Shown in pieces: positions 19,954 to 28,980 of a DNA stretch of 63,383 nt. Origin of the DNA: an uncultured Sulfurimonas sp. (GTDB lineage Bacteria > Campylobacterota > Campylobacteria > Campylobacterales > Sulfurimonadaceae); the NCBI GenBank assembly GCA_964427835.1, contig CAYRVR010000001.1, positions 1 to 63,383 on the forward strand, read 5' to 3'. A program made the translations under genes and the position numbers. The stretch's first letter is position 1. Every line of letters begins with the position of its first letter. The notes beneath the pieces were generated by a model. It was not told where the DNA came from. It did not search any database and saw only the letters and a program-made list of their open reading frames with translations.

Positions 19954-20944
19954 TGTATTGTTCCTCCCACTCTTTAAATTTTGGAGTAAAGTACTCTATG
20001 CGTACTTTTTTAAATTCTCGCGATGAGTAGAGCGGCATATGTGCTTTTGCATCTATTTCTTGTGCCATCTCTGCTATCATCGCATTGGTCTCCTCCGTTG
20101 TTTTTCCATGCACCATAGTAAAAAGGTTGTATGGCCAGTTTGCATACTTTGGTCGTAAATAGCAGTGGCTTACTGCGCTAAACGCAGCGGCTTTTTCTCC
20201 TATTTTTTCTCCCTCTTGCTCATCTACATCCCAGACTACCATTGCGTTTGCATTAAAACCCGCCTGTCTATGATTTAAAATAGAAGCAAATCGTCGCATG
20301 ACTCCGGCATCTTGAAGCTCTTGAAGTGTGCTAAAAAAAGTATCATAATCAATATTTAAAGCATTTACAATTTTTTGGAAAGGCTCACTCACAAAATCAA
20401 TATCATGTTGTGCGTATTTGATAATATCATGGTGCAAGGGCGTGAGTTCTATCTCTTTATGCATCACCTTTTTTACACGTTCTTTCTTTTTATCCTTGCC
20501 GGTGGTATTGAGTTTTACACTAATTTTAAACAGCTTGAGCGTTGGTAACACAATGAAATCATCGGCTTGTGTTAATCTCGCGAGAAGTTTTACTGTCTCT
20601 TGAAGTCCTAGTTGTGAATCGGGCTCTACAGCTATGGTGAACCAGATATTAAATTCATGGTTTCTTTCATAATTATGAGAAATACCAGGATGGGAATTAA
20701 TAATTTCTACCGCTTTATCTATTTTGCTTGGTGCTATTTTAAATGCAACAAGCGATGACTTATATCCAAGACGTTTAGTATCAAATATAGCAGAAGTTTG
20801 ACGTATTATGCCAGACTCTTTCTCTTTTGCTAAAATATCTAACACTTCTGTCTCATCTATACCTAACTCCTCAGCTATAACTTGAAAAGGGTTTGCAACA
20901 AGCGGAAATTTCTTTTGTATTCTTGAGAGTATTTCTTGTTTCAT
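19946..20944 (-). CDS. nirDL: Siroheme decarboxylase, fused NirDL/AhbAB-type (heme d1 biosynthesis)
   Basis: Two Lrp/AsnC-like halves; SHNYER..FNIWFT and ANAMVVW..VSHCYLRP..WPYNLFTMVHG motifs. Confidence 0.85.
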   Translation of the reverse strand: MKQEILSRIQKKFPLVANPFQVIAEELGIDETEVLDILAKEKESGIIRQTSAIFDTKRLGYKSSLVAFKIAPSKIDKAVEIINSHPGISHNYERNHEFNIWFTIAVEPDSQLGLQETVKLLARLTQADDFIVLPTLKLFKISVKLNTTGKDKKKERVKKVMHKEIELTPLHHDIIKYAQHDIDFVSEPFQKIVNALNIDYDTFFSTLQELQDAGVMRRFASILNHRQAGFNANAMVVWDVDEQEGEKIGEKAAAFSAVSHCYLRPKYANWPYNLFTMVHGKTTEETNAMIAEMAQEIDAKAHMPLYSSREFKKVRIEYFTPKFKEWEEQYNG

Positions 20945-20976
20945 AACACTGCTTTGTATTAAATTTTTATGTTTTG

Positions 20977-21018
20977 ATTGTATCTATCTTTTTTTTGTTT
21001 TAAATTGATGTGTATCAA
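20977..21018 (-). promoter_or_regulatory. Fnr/Dnr/NssR box (TTGATgtgtATCAA) plus -10 TACAAT for the nirDL operon
   Basis: Palindrome 21005-21018; minus-strand TACAAT at 20977-20982; 22 nt spacer. Confidence 0.85.
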
Positions 21019-21104
21019 TAATATATTGTTATTATATACGATATTCTTAAGGTCTTAAGTTAATATGGTATGATTTTAAAAATATAGACGCAAAAGAGGT
21101 AAAA

Positions 21105-21671
21105 ATGGGATACTTTCCAGCTTTTTTAAAACTTGATGATAAAAAAATCTTATTAGTAGGTGGTGGAAAGATTGCCTATGAAAAACTGGTACATCTTTTG
21201 GATTTTACAGATGAGATAGATATTGTAGCAGAAGAATTTTCTGAGCAAATGGTGCAGAAAATAGAGTCGCTGCGTTTAGGGTATGAGCAACGTTCTTATA
21301 AAAAGGGTGATATTGCTGCTTATAGTGTTGTAATCGTTGCAGTCGATGATATTGCATTGCAAGAGCAGATTTATGTTGAATCAAAAAACTACAAATGTTT
21401 ATGTAATGCTGTAGATTCGGTAGAGTATTGCGATTTTATTTTTCCTTCTTACATAAAAGAGGGTGATTTGACTATTGCAGTCTCTACATCTGGAGCTTCA
21501 CCAGCTATGGCAAAGCATTTGAGACGTTACATACAAGAGCATATTCCTAAGACAATAGGAACTTTTTTACAAGAGATGCGTGACTTACGAAAAAGTTTGC
21601 CCAAAGGTAAAGAGAGAATGAAGATGCTTGATGAAAAAGCAAAAAAATATATTGAAAGTTGGAGAAAATGA
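21105..21671 (+). CDS. sirC: Precorrin-2 dehydrogenase / sirohydrochlorin ferrochelatase (SirC / CysG-N)
   Basis: YFPAFLKL, LVGGGKIAYEK, CNAVD...CDFIFPS, AVSTSGASP. Confidence 0.88.
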   Translation: MGYFPAFLKLDDKKILLVGGGKIAYEKLVHLLDFTDEIDIVAEEFSEQMVQKIESLRLGYEQRSYKKGDIAAYSVVIVAVDDIALQEQIYVESKNYKCLCNAVDSVEYCDFIFPSYIKEGDLTIAVSTSGASPAMAKHLRRYIQEHIPKTIGTFLQEMRDLRKSLPKGKERMKMLDEKAKKYIESWRK

Positions 21672-22048
21672 TGAATACAAAAAAAGCGATTTTTTTAGGG
21701 GTTATATTTGCAATGTTTACCTTGGGTTTTATTGCAATACAAAAGGCAACACCTGCAGCTAAGGCAGATAGAATATATAAAGAAATTAAAGTTTACAGTC
21801 CCTATAAATTTGAAAAAAGAATTGGAGGTCTTGCTATTGTTAATGTAAAAACAGGTGAAAAAGAGAAGCCAAACGCAGCAGATGCACTGTATAGAATGGA
21901 TGATTTAGATAAACAGTGGGGAAAGAAACATCTTAAAATTGAGGGTAATGATGTTGTTGTACTTGGTGATAATAATCAAAGTATCACAAGAATATTTATC
22001 AAAACGCCAAAAGAGAAAGCGTGGGTGAAAAAGTTTTATGGAATCTGA
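21668..22048 (+). CDS. Hypothetical membrane-anchored/exported protein
   Basis: N-terminal hydrophobic helix; ATGA overlap with the sirC stop (start 21668, GGAG RBS). Confidence 0.7.
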   Translation: MMNTKKAIFLGVIFAMFTLGFIAIQKATPAAKADRIYKEIKVYSPYKFEKRIGGLAIVNVKTGEKEKPNAADALYRMDDLDKQWGKKHLKIEGNDVVVLGDNNQSITRIFIKTPKEKAWVKKFYGI

Positions 22049-22068
22049 TTTTTAGATTGGCAAATGCA

Positions 22069-22968
22069 TCATCTTTGGATGATGATGTCATAGGCATCTT
22101 CTATGGTTGGAGCATGCTCAGTTACAAAAAGATAGAGTGCCGCGTTAAATTGGGCTAGTTTGTAGTACTCATCTGATGGATTAGTAAGTTGTTGTATTGA
22201 ATCTTCAAGCGTGATTTTTTCCCATGATTTTTTATAATGGATTCCAAATTTTTCAGGTTCTATAATGTGCTCTGTAATATCATCATTTTCTATCAGCCAC
22301 AGACGTCCTTTGGAAAAGAGTTCGGGTGTTCCTTCGTTACCTTGAATAAGGGCCAATCTTTTATAGCGTTTGGAAAATATTGCGGCATATTTTTTGACAT
22401 AAGGCTTGTGAAATACGCCTGTAATTGCATACTGACTTTTTGCGATACCCGGAAGCTTTTCTATAGTGTTAAAGCCAGTTCGCAGTCCGAGTTTGTTTCT
22501 GATGTCTGTTAGATTATGGAGTTTTTCAAAAAAATCTGCTCTATCAAAGTAGTAGATATTGCTTGCAAGCTCTATTTGGGAAACAATATCTTTGATTGTG
22601 ATTCCACCTTTTGCCGGTTGTCTTTCATCTCCTGTTATAACAAGATTAAGACTTTGTTTCTCAAGCGCTTTTGCAACTAAGGGAAAAATATAGGGATTCT
22701 TTGCCTTCCCATCAAAGGGATATCCAAGTTCTAAAGAGTTTGGCACATCCCTTGGAGAGATGTTTGCATCACATGCTGCTAGAGCTCCAAGAAACTCTTC
22801 TGTTGTTTCTGGTTTGAGTCGCCATCCTAGTAAAAATGCAGCTATTTGTTCACTTGGGATACTTTGATGAAGTATCTGTGTCATCATATCGTATGCCTCA
22901 TCAAAACTAAGATCTCTATTGCCTTTTGGACCAGTACCAACAGCGTGAATATATTTAAAAAAATCCAA
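22069..22968 (-). CDS. YbiB-like anthranilate phosphoribosyltransferase (TrpD2 / GT3) homolog
   Basis: YIHAVGTGPKGNRDLS..EA, QIAAFLLGWRLKPET..E, RNKLGLRT..NTIEKL, GVFHKPY, QGNEG. Confidence 0.8.
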   Translation of the reverse strand: MDFFKYIHAVGTGPKGNRDLSFDEAYDMMTQILHQSIPSEQIAAFLLGWRLKPETTEEFLGALAACDANISPRDVPNSLELGYPFDGKAKNPYIFPLVAKALEKQSLNLVITGDERQPAKGGITIKDIVSQIELASNIYYFDRADFFEKLHNLTDIRNKLGLRTGFNTIEKLPGIAKSQYAITGVFHKPYVKKYAAIFSKRYKRLALIQGNEGTPELFSKGRLWLIENDDITEHIIEPEKFGIHYKKSWEKITLEDSIQQLTNPSDEYYKLAQFNAALYLFVTEHAPTIEDAYDIIIQR

Positions 22969-22970
22969 GT

Positions 22971-23321
22971 CTATTCCTGTTGATTGTTATTGAGTTTTTT
23001 TTCAATTGCTTCTTGTAGTTCACTGTTTGCCGGTGAAAGATTAAAAAAGTCTGTTGAAAAGTTGATTGTTACTGCATCTGTAGAAGTATCTGAAATATTT
23101 TCAGCAATGAGTGCATTTTCTTTAAAGTCTGTCATCCTCCATCCTGCTTCTTCTCCTGCTTGTTTAATGAGTTTGTGTACTTGTGAGAGTGTCATGTGAT
23201 GTGTAATTTTTACATAGCTTATATGTTGCGCGTCATTATCGTAACGTGGTGCTGTCGCACATCCGACTACTACAAATAGAGAAAGAGCCCAAAGTATGGA
23301 TTTTAAGATTGTTTTTTGCAT
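22971..23321 (-). CDS. Hypothetical lipoprotein
   Basis: Lipobox VVVGC; 2 nt upstream of the YbiB-like gene. Confidence 0.7.
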   Translation of the reverse strand: MQKTILKSILWALSLFVVVGCATAPRYDNDAQHISYVKITHHMTLSQVHKLIKQAGEEAGWRMTDFKENALIAENISDTSTDAVTINFSTDFFNLSPANSELQEAIEKKLNNNQQE

Positions 23322-23421
23322 ATTATACCCCTTTTTTATTCCATTACCCCATTTTATAAAAAGTGATAATGAATATGATATAATAATATTAATAAAAGAA
23401 CTTTAAATTACTTGGATTTTC

Positions 23422-23616
23422 ATGTATATGCACGATGTAATAATAATTTTGGTGATGACTTTTCCCATGTTTCTCTTCTCTATCTATCCGGGTATTGTAG
23501 CGAGTAATTATCTAGAAAAAAAATACCACATTGGAGAATCAAAAAAACGGGCTGTAATGGTCAGTGTAACTTTTTTATTTGCGCTAAGCCTCTCTACAAT
23601 TCTTTTTTACGCTTAG
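23422..23616 (+). CDS. Small 2-TM hypothetical protein
   Basis: 64-aa ORF fills the intergenic gap; two hydrophobic helices. Confidence 0.55.
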   Translation: MYMHDVIIILVMTFPMFLFSIYPGIVASNYLEKKYHIGESKKRAVMVSVTFLFALSLSTILFYA

Positions 23617-23622
23617 AAGAGT

Positions 23623-24369
23623 TTAAGAGGCAGAACCCTCTTGAAACCATTTGAGTTGTTCGTGTAGTTTTACCACTTGTCCAACAATAATAAGTGCAGG
23701 AGTTGGGATTCCTTTAGCTTTAGAGACAATGTCTTCAAGTGTACCAACGACCACTTTTTGCTCTTTGGTTGTTCCTTTTGAAATTACGGCGCATGGGTAC
23801 TCTTTTGGTTTGCCGATCTCTATAAGTTTAGAAGTAATTTTATGTAGATTATGGAGTCCCATCAAAAAGACGATAGTGTCGTCTGTTTTGAAGTTTTCCC
23901 ATGGAATTTGGGAAACTTCCTTGTTTGGGGATTCGTGCCCTGTTACCACTCGAAAGCTTACAGCAACACCCCTGTGTGTTACGGGTATTCCTGCATAAGC
24001 CGGAACACTAATGGCAGACGTGATGCCGGGAATAATTTCATAGGCAACGCCTCTTTCATGTAAATAATTTCCCTCTTCTGCACCTCTACCAAACACAAAA
24101 GGATCACCACCTTTGAGACGTACAACTACATTATGTTTGCGTGCATTTTGGTAAATGACTTCATTTATTTCATCTTGTGGCAGGGTATGTCTGCCATCTT
24201 CTTTGCCGACATAAACAAACTTGCAGCCATCTTTGGCCATCTCTAAAATTTCAGGATTTGCTAGCCTGTCATAAATGATAACATCAGCCTCTGTGATTAC
24301 TCTATGCGCCTTTATGGTAAGCAGTTCAATATCTCCTGGCCCTGCACCTGTTAAATATACTCGACCCAT
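23623..24369 (-). CDS. nirE: Uroporphyrinogen-III C-methyltransferase (NirE/CobA)
   Basis: LTGAGPGD.ELLT, RLKGGDPFVFGRG.EE, IPGITS, GIPVTHRG; last gene of nirCJF. Confidence 0.9.
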   Translation of the reverse strand: MGRVYLTGAGPGDIELLTIKAHRVITEADVIIYDRLANPEILEMAKDGCKFVYVGKEDGRHTLPQDEINEVIYQNARKHNVVVRLKGGDPFVFGRGAEEGNYLHERGVAYEIIPGITSAISVPAYAGIPVTHRGVAVSFRVVTGHESPNKEVSQIPWENFKTDDTIVFLMGLHNLHKITSKLIEIGKPKEYPCAVISKGTTKEQKVVVGTLEDIVSKAKGIPTPALIIVGQVVKLHEQLKWFQEGSAS

Positions 24370-25481
24370 TATCTTTGTTCCTTGTGTTCATACAAAAAAA
24401 TACCTGATGGTTTTTTAATGGTAAGTATTTCTCTTTTTTTCCACCAGCCTTTGGTATCAAGAACAACTACTTCATTGGCATCATTCACAGAAATATAGAG
24501 TGATGGTCTGATTTTTGACCATCTGAGGTGGAGTACTTTTCCATTAAATTTAAACCGCTTAATGACTTGAAGTGTTTTTGTATCTATAATCTGAATAACA
24601 GGAAATTTTTTTCCACTAAAGGTGACTGCTAAATATTTTTTATCAGGAGAAAGTGCTGTAAAAACAGGCATGCCCTCTGTTTTGATAGCTTTTATAAATT
24701 TGAATTTTGGAGAAAAAACAAACACTTTATTGTCTCCGACTGCAGGAATAAAAATTTTTGAGTTACTTACGGACCAAAATCCAAAGTGAGGTACTTTTAA
24801 AATTGGCTGCCTTTGTCCTAATTGTAGAGGAATTTTTTTAAATTTCATTGTATCTAAATTAAGTTCTCCTATCCATGGACTGTTAAAGAAGCCGTTTACG
24901 TATTTATTTCCATCTAAAAGAGCATCAAAAGGCATCACTCCAACATTTTTAAATTCTTTGTAAAGTTTAAAATCAGGTTTTCCTTTCCCCTTGTTCATAT
25001 CTTTATAAACAGCAATGGTGTCTTTGTCCATTTCAGAAAATACAAGATAATCTTTATAAATTTTAATGCCAACATTACGTGAACCTGTTTTGAGCTTTTC
25101 TAGTGGCTTGAGGTTTCGAGAGAGGATATCGACACTTTTATCATCATAGTTTGCAACTGCAACATAGTTTTTGTTAATGACAAATCCAATGGCACTTTTA
25201 CTTGTTTTATACTCAGATAATTTTTTCTCTTTTATCGGATCAAAGCGCATGATATAGCCATCACGAGAGATAAGGTACCCATCCTTACCGTAAAACTTCA
25301 TAACACCGTGATTCATGTTGTGCATATTTTGCATGTGATTTTTTGGCAATCCATTTTCAATGACTGCAACTGAACTACTTTCTCTCTCTACTACAAAAAC
25401 TTTTTCTTTGTTTACTGCTGCGTTTAGTACCCCTGTAAGTGAAGTAATAAGCGTAAGCGCTACGAGTGTTTTTTTTATCAT
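24369..25481 (-). CDS. nirF: Heme d1 biogenesis beta-propeller protein NirF
   Basis: Signal peptide; VVERE, ISRDG, VANY, KVPHFGFW, GMPVF, KVLHLRW, KPSGIF. Confidence 0.85.
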   Translation of the reverse strand: MIKKTLVALTLITSLTGVLNAAVNKEKVFVVERESSSVAVIENGLPKNHMQNMHNMNHGVMKFYGKDGYLISRDGYIMRFDPIKEKKLSEYKTSKSAIGFVINKNYVAVANYDDKSVDILSRNLKPLEKLKTGSRNVGIKIYKDYLVFSEMDKDTIAVYKDMNKGKGKPDFKLYKEFKNVGVMPFDALLDGNKYVNGFFNSPWIGELNLDTMKFKKIPLQLGQRQPILKVPHFGFWSVSNSKIFIPAVGDNKVFVFSPKFKFIKAIKTEGMPVFTALSPDKKYLAVTFSGKKFPVIQIIDTKTLQVIKRFKFNGKVLHLRWSKIRPSLYISVNDANEVVVLDTKGWWKKREILTIKKPSGIFLYEHKEQR

Positions 25482-25482
25482 T

Positions 25483-26604
25483 TTATATATTCTCCCTCTC
25501 TTGTTGTGTTAAATAGCATGATGGATCTTCGCTCCATAAATCACCGGTAATAGCATAAGCACGCGCACGGCTACCACCATTACAGATATCTATCTGTTTA
25601 CAGTCCTTACAGATTCCACTTATTTGTCTACGTGGATGAATTCTGAGTGCATCTAAAAGTTTGCCACCTTGCCAAATCTCTCCAAAATCTTGATGGATTA
25701 TGTTTCCAACAACAAGAGGAAAAAATGGATCAGGACGGACTTCGCCTTCACTATTTATGTTGAGTAGTTTTCTTCCAGCAGAATTACCACCCCATTTGAC
25801 GAGTCTTTCTCTCATTTTTTCTTTATGCTCTGGAAATTCTTGTGCAAAACGATACTGAAACATCACTGCATCCATCTCCATATTGCCTGTAACTATTTCT
25901 ATATCTGTTGCGTTTTTATAGTATTCAAAAGCTTTATCAAGTATAAAAGAAACAGCTTCTCTACGTTGTTCTTTTGAAAGATCCATTTTCAAATTATCGA
26001 GTCCACGCCCAGAATAGACAAGATGGGAGATATATATTTTTGGAATGTTATACTTTTCAACCAGATCAAATATAAACTTGAGTGAACCTATAGTGTCTTT
26101 TGTCATTGTAAAACGTATACCGACCTTTGCACCTGTTTCATTGGCTAATAACACAGATTTAAGGGTCTCTTTAAATGCACCTTTTAGACCACGAAAATGG
26201 TCATGTGTCTCTTCATCTCCATCTATACTGACTCCAACATAGTTAAAAGTATCTGTGATACGTTTTATATTACTATGTGTAAAGTAGAGCCCATTGCTTG
26301 AAAGGTAGGTAATAATACCATGAGTTTTACAAAAATCTGCAATTTCAAAAAGATCTTTTCGTGTAAGGGGTTCCCCACCTGAAAATATAATAAACTTCAC
26401 ACCATTCTCTTTCATCTGCAAGATTGTTTTTTTTATCTGCTCAGTTGTGAGCGTATCAACTTCATCAAGGGTAGATTTGGAGTAGCAGTGTAAACAAGAG
26501 AGATTACAACGGTTTGTAAAGTTCCAAATTGCTATGCTTCCATCAAGGACTCTCTCTTTTTTGTTTTCTACGACTGAAGATATAAGATTGGAGAGTCTAA
26601 ACAT
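25483..26604 (-). CDS. nirJ: Radical SAM/SPASM heme d1 biosynthesis protein NirJ
   Basis: MFRLS start, IWNFTNRCNLSCLHCY, SHLVYSGRG, WGGNSAG, C..C..ICNGGSRARA, EDPSCYL. Confidence 0.9.
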   Translation of the reverse strand: MFRLSNLISSVVENKKERVLDGSIAIWNFTNRCNLSCLHCYSKSTLDEVDTLTTEQIKKTILQMKENGVKFIIFSGGEPLTRKDLFEIADFCKTHGIITYLSSNGLYFTHSNIKRITDTFNYVGVSIDGDEETHDHFRGLKGAFKETLKSVLLANETGAKVGIRFTMTKDTIGSLKFIFDLVEKYNIPKIYISHLVYSGRGLDNLKMDLSKEQRREAVSFILDKAFEYYKNATDIEIVTGNMEMDAVMFQYRFAQEFPEHKEKMRERLVKWGGNSAGRKLLNINSEGEVRPDPFFPLVVGNIIHQDFGEIWQGGKLLDALRIHPRRQISGICKDCKQIDICNGGSRARAYAITGDLWSEDPSCYLTQQERENI

Positions 26605-26921
26605 TATTTTTTTCCTTTATATGAGAGTATATAGTCACTAATTGCATTTAATTCAGCAGGAGAAAGATGGAGTTGTGTCATAACACTTCTTTTGTAACCA
26701 AATTGTTTGTACATCGATTTTGGAGAGGAGATGTAAGCAATGATTTGTGACTTACTGCGTTTAGCGGCAATTTGCGTAAAAGGTGGTCCAAAAGCCATTG
26801 CAGTTTGGTGATGGCATCCCCAACAGTAAGTTTGAAACACCTCTTTGCCAGTAATCTCTTTGCAAAAAAGTACAGAAGAAAATAGAAATATGAGAATAAA
26901 AGTTTTTTTCATGAGTTGCAT
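26604..26921 (-). CDS. nirC: Small monoheme cytochrome c (NirC-like)
   Basis: Signal peptide, CWGCH, distal Met (SVMT); first gene of nirJFE; start may be 26912. Confidence 0.7.
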   Translation of the reverse strand: MQLMKKTFILIFLFSSVLFCKEITGKEVFQTYCWGCHHQTAMAFGPPFTQIAAKRSKSQIIAYISSPKSMYKQFGYKRSVMTQLHLSPAELNAISDYILSYKGKK

Positions 26922-27026
26922 CTTTTTATCTTTTTTATGCTTATATTGTAGCGAAACTTTACCTATATTATAGCTTAGGAATTACCCTGTATTAGGGAGT
27001 TGTTTCTACAGTAAATATACCTATGT

Positions 27027-27068
27027 ATTATAAGAAAAGTGAATGAAAAATATGTTGATTTAAGTCAA
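27027..27068 (-). promoter_or_regulatory. Fnr/Dnr/NssR box (TTGATttaaGTCAA) plus -10 TATAAT for nirCJFE
   Basis: Near-perfect box 27055-27068; minus-strand TATAAT at 27027-27032; 22 nt spacer. Confidence 0.8.
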
Positions 27069-27089
27069 GGAAAGAGAGCCTTAAGAGGC

Positions 27090-27112
27090 ATCTTCTCTTA
27101 AAAAGAGAAGAT
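27090..27112 (-). terminator. Stem-loop downstream of nirS
   Basis: ATCTTCTCTT-aaa-AAGAGAAGAT, 10-bp perfect stem 8 nt after the nirS stop; U-tract weak. Confidence 0.55.
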
Positions 27113-27120
27113 AAAGATGC

Positions 27121-28758
27121 TTATGCACCTGGAATAGATTGTCTATGCTCAATTGAGTATGTAAAAGTTGGTGTAGTTAAACCTTTAATGTATTTAACAA
27201 ATTTACCAGTTTTAGCTTCATAGATACCAATACGACCTGCATTCCATTCAGAAATCATAACCCATTTACCATGATTTGCAGGTTCAGCATGTAAAATTCT
27301 TGGCACGATTACATGACCTTTTTTGTCTTTTACAGTTGGCACTCTCCAGCTGTAGAGAACTTTATGTGTGACTGGATCTGTTACTGTTCCTCTTTTTGTA
27401 CCAACAGTAATAATTCTATCCGTTTTAAGTGTTTGCTTATTAATAAGGTACATTTTGTTCCAGTTTGCTTTCCCACCAATGACACAATCAGACCAGATGA
27501 ATGGAGTATCATCACTTGTTCCAACAAATAATCCTCCTCCGGCAGTTCTTACATGTGCTACAACATCCCAATGACTATCCCAAATGACACAGTCTCCAAC
27601 ATTCATACTGTTTGTAGCATAAAGTTGGCCGTATCTGTCATTGTACCAAGATGAACCTTGTCCTGGATGTGGTTTAGAACCTGGTCCTGTATAGACTTTT
27701 GCAACTAATTTTTTAGTTTTAAAATCAACTACACCCATTACATCAGAACCTTGTGATGCTTGCATTAAGTAACGTCCAATCTCTTTACCCTCATTTTCAA
27801 AACCATCATGTAAGATTTTGCCGATGTTTGGAATATCACCAACGATTGGATAATTTGGTTTTGAGTAATCAACTATGTAAACATGTCCGGCATCTTTGAG
27901 CGCAAAAGCTATGTAAGGACCGTATGGAGTGTCATATACACCGGCAACACGGCTTGAACCGATATTTCCATCCATGTTGATAACACTTGATGTTGGGTAA
28001 ACTTTGAGTGGTTCAAGTGTCATTGCATCCATTAAAATTGCGCCACCTGGAACGTAGTTTCCAGCCATAAGATATTTTCCATCAGGACTTACAGCTAGAC
28101 CACGAGAACTTGTACCAACTTGGACTTGTGCAATTTTTTGCTGTCCCTTTGATGCGAGGTCAAACATAGTGACAAGTCCGGAACGGCTAATAGAATATGC
28201 ATAACGAGGTTGGCGTTTGTTTGTTACAGTTACATGGACTGCGAAACCAGCAGGATGTCGTGAAAGAATTTTCCCTGTTGTACCATCTATAAAGTCAACA
28301 CGAGAAGCATCCCTCTCTGTTACAAAACAGATATCAGTAACTTTTTTTACATCAACTGCATGTGGATATTTCTTCATTAATGCAATTCTGTCATTAATTT
28401 TTTTCCAGCCTTTTTTAACATTTTCAAGTGTGAGGACTTTTATTTTCATTCCCTTGAAATGTTGTAAATAATCTACCATTTTTTGTGCATCAGCTTTACT
28501 GAATTTATCACTCCATGCTGGCATTGCTGTACCGGGTTGTCCGTTTAAAATAGTTTGAACAAGACTGTAACTATTTTTCTTTGCAAGTGCTGCAGGACGT
28601 AGATCTGCACCAACCCCACCTTCATGGTTGGGTCCATGGCATCCTTGGCACTCTTTGACAAAGACCTTTTTTACATCCATATTTGATGTACCTGCAAGTA
28701 AACTAGAACTTACAACAGCCAAAGCTGCAACAGATATAAACAATTTATTGAATTTCAT
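27121..28758 (-). CDS. nirS: Cytochrome cd1 nitrite reductase
   Basis: Signal peptide, CQGCHG heme c, TAMPAW Met ligand, d1 domain GFAVH, ISRSG, LHDG, KPHPGQG, LHAE. Confidence 0.95.
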   Translation of the reverse strand: MKFNKLFISVAALAVVSSSLLAGTSNMDVKKVFVKECQGCHGPNHEGGVGADLRPAALAKKNSYSLVQTILNGQPGTAMPAWSDKFSKADAQKMVDYLQHFKGMKIKVLTLENVKKGWKKINDRIALMKKYPHAVDVKKVTDICFVTERDASRVDFIDGTTGKILSRHPAGFAVHVTVTNKRQPRYAYSISRSGLVTMFDLASKGQQKIAQVQVGTSSRGLAVSPDGKYLMAGNYVPGGAILMDAMTLEPLKVYPTSSVINMDGNIGSSRVAGVYDTPYGPYIAFALKDAGHVYIVDYSKPNYPIVGDIPNIGKILHDGFENEGKEIGRYLMQASQGSDVMGVVDFKTKKLVAKVYTGPGSKPHPGQGSSWYNDRYGQLYATNSMNVGDCVIWDSHWDVVAHVRTAGGGLFVGTSDDTPFIWSDCVIGGKANWNKMYLINKQTLKTDRIITVGTKRGTVTDPVTHKVLYSWRVPTVKDKKGHVIVPRILHAEPANHGKWVMISEWNAGRIGIYEAKTGKFVKYIKGLTTPTFTYSIEHRQSIPGA

Positions 28759-28783
28759 TTTTGTTTTCCCCCAAAAAAATATA

Positions 28784-28803
28784 AAACCCTCAAGAGAGGG
28801 TTT
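28784..28803 (-). terminator. Intrinsic-terminator-like hairpin just upstream of nirS
   Basis: AAACCCTC-tctt-GAGGGTTT on the minus strand, followed by TATATTTTTTT. Confidence 0.6.
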
Positions 28804-28817
28804 ACTTTGTAGTATCT

Positions 28818-28970
28818 CTACTCTTCGTTTTCAAGACGTTTTTTTTCTTGGAAATAGATCCAAATCATCGGTAAAATAATTACCGTATGAAGAAAAATTG
28901 TCAGTGTAAGCGGTCCTTCATTTAGCCAACCAAAAAAACTAGGGTTGACATCTGTAAAAGGTTCAAACAT
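28818..28970 (-). CDS. Unlisted 50-aa single-TM protein (MFEPFTDVNPSFFGWLNEGPLTLTIFLHTVIILPMIWIYFQEKKRLENEE)
   Basis: Translated by hand; strong AAGGAGAG RBS overlapping the norB stop; one TM helix containing His. Confidence 0.75.
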   Translation of the reverse strand: MFEPFTDVNPSFFGWLNEGPLTLTIFLHTVIILPMIWIYFQEKKRLENEE

Positions 28971-28980
28971 TATTCTCTCC

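Noticed and set aside
20989-20996. T8 tract in the spacer of the nirDL promoter as a slippage switch
   Set aside because: A/T runs of this length are common here and the spacer equals the 22 nt of the other three promoters
28945-28958. TTGACatctGTAAA as a fifth regulator box for nirS
   Set aside because: Two mismatches, lies inside the 50-aa ORF, and no -10 hexamer at the 22-nt spacing
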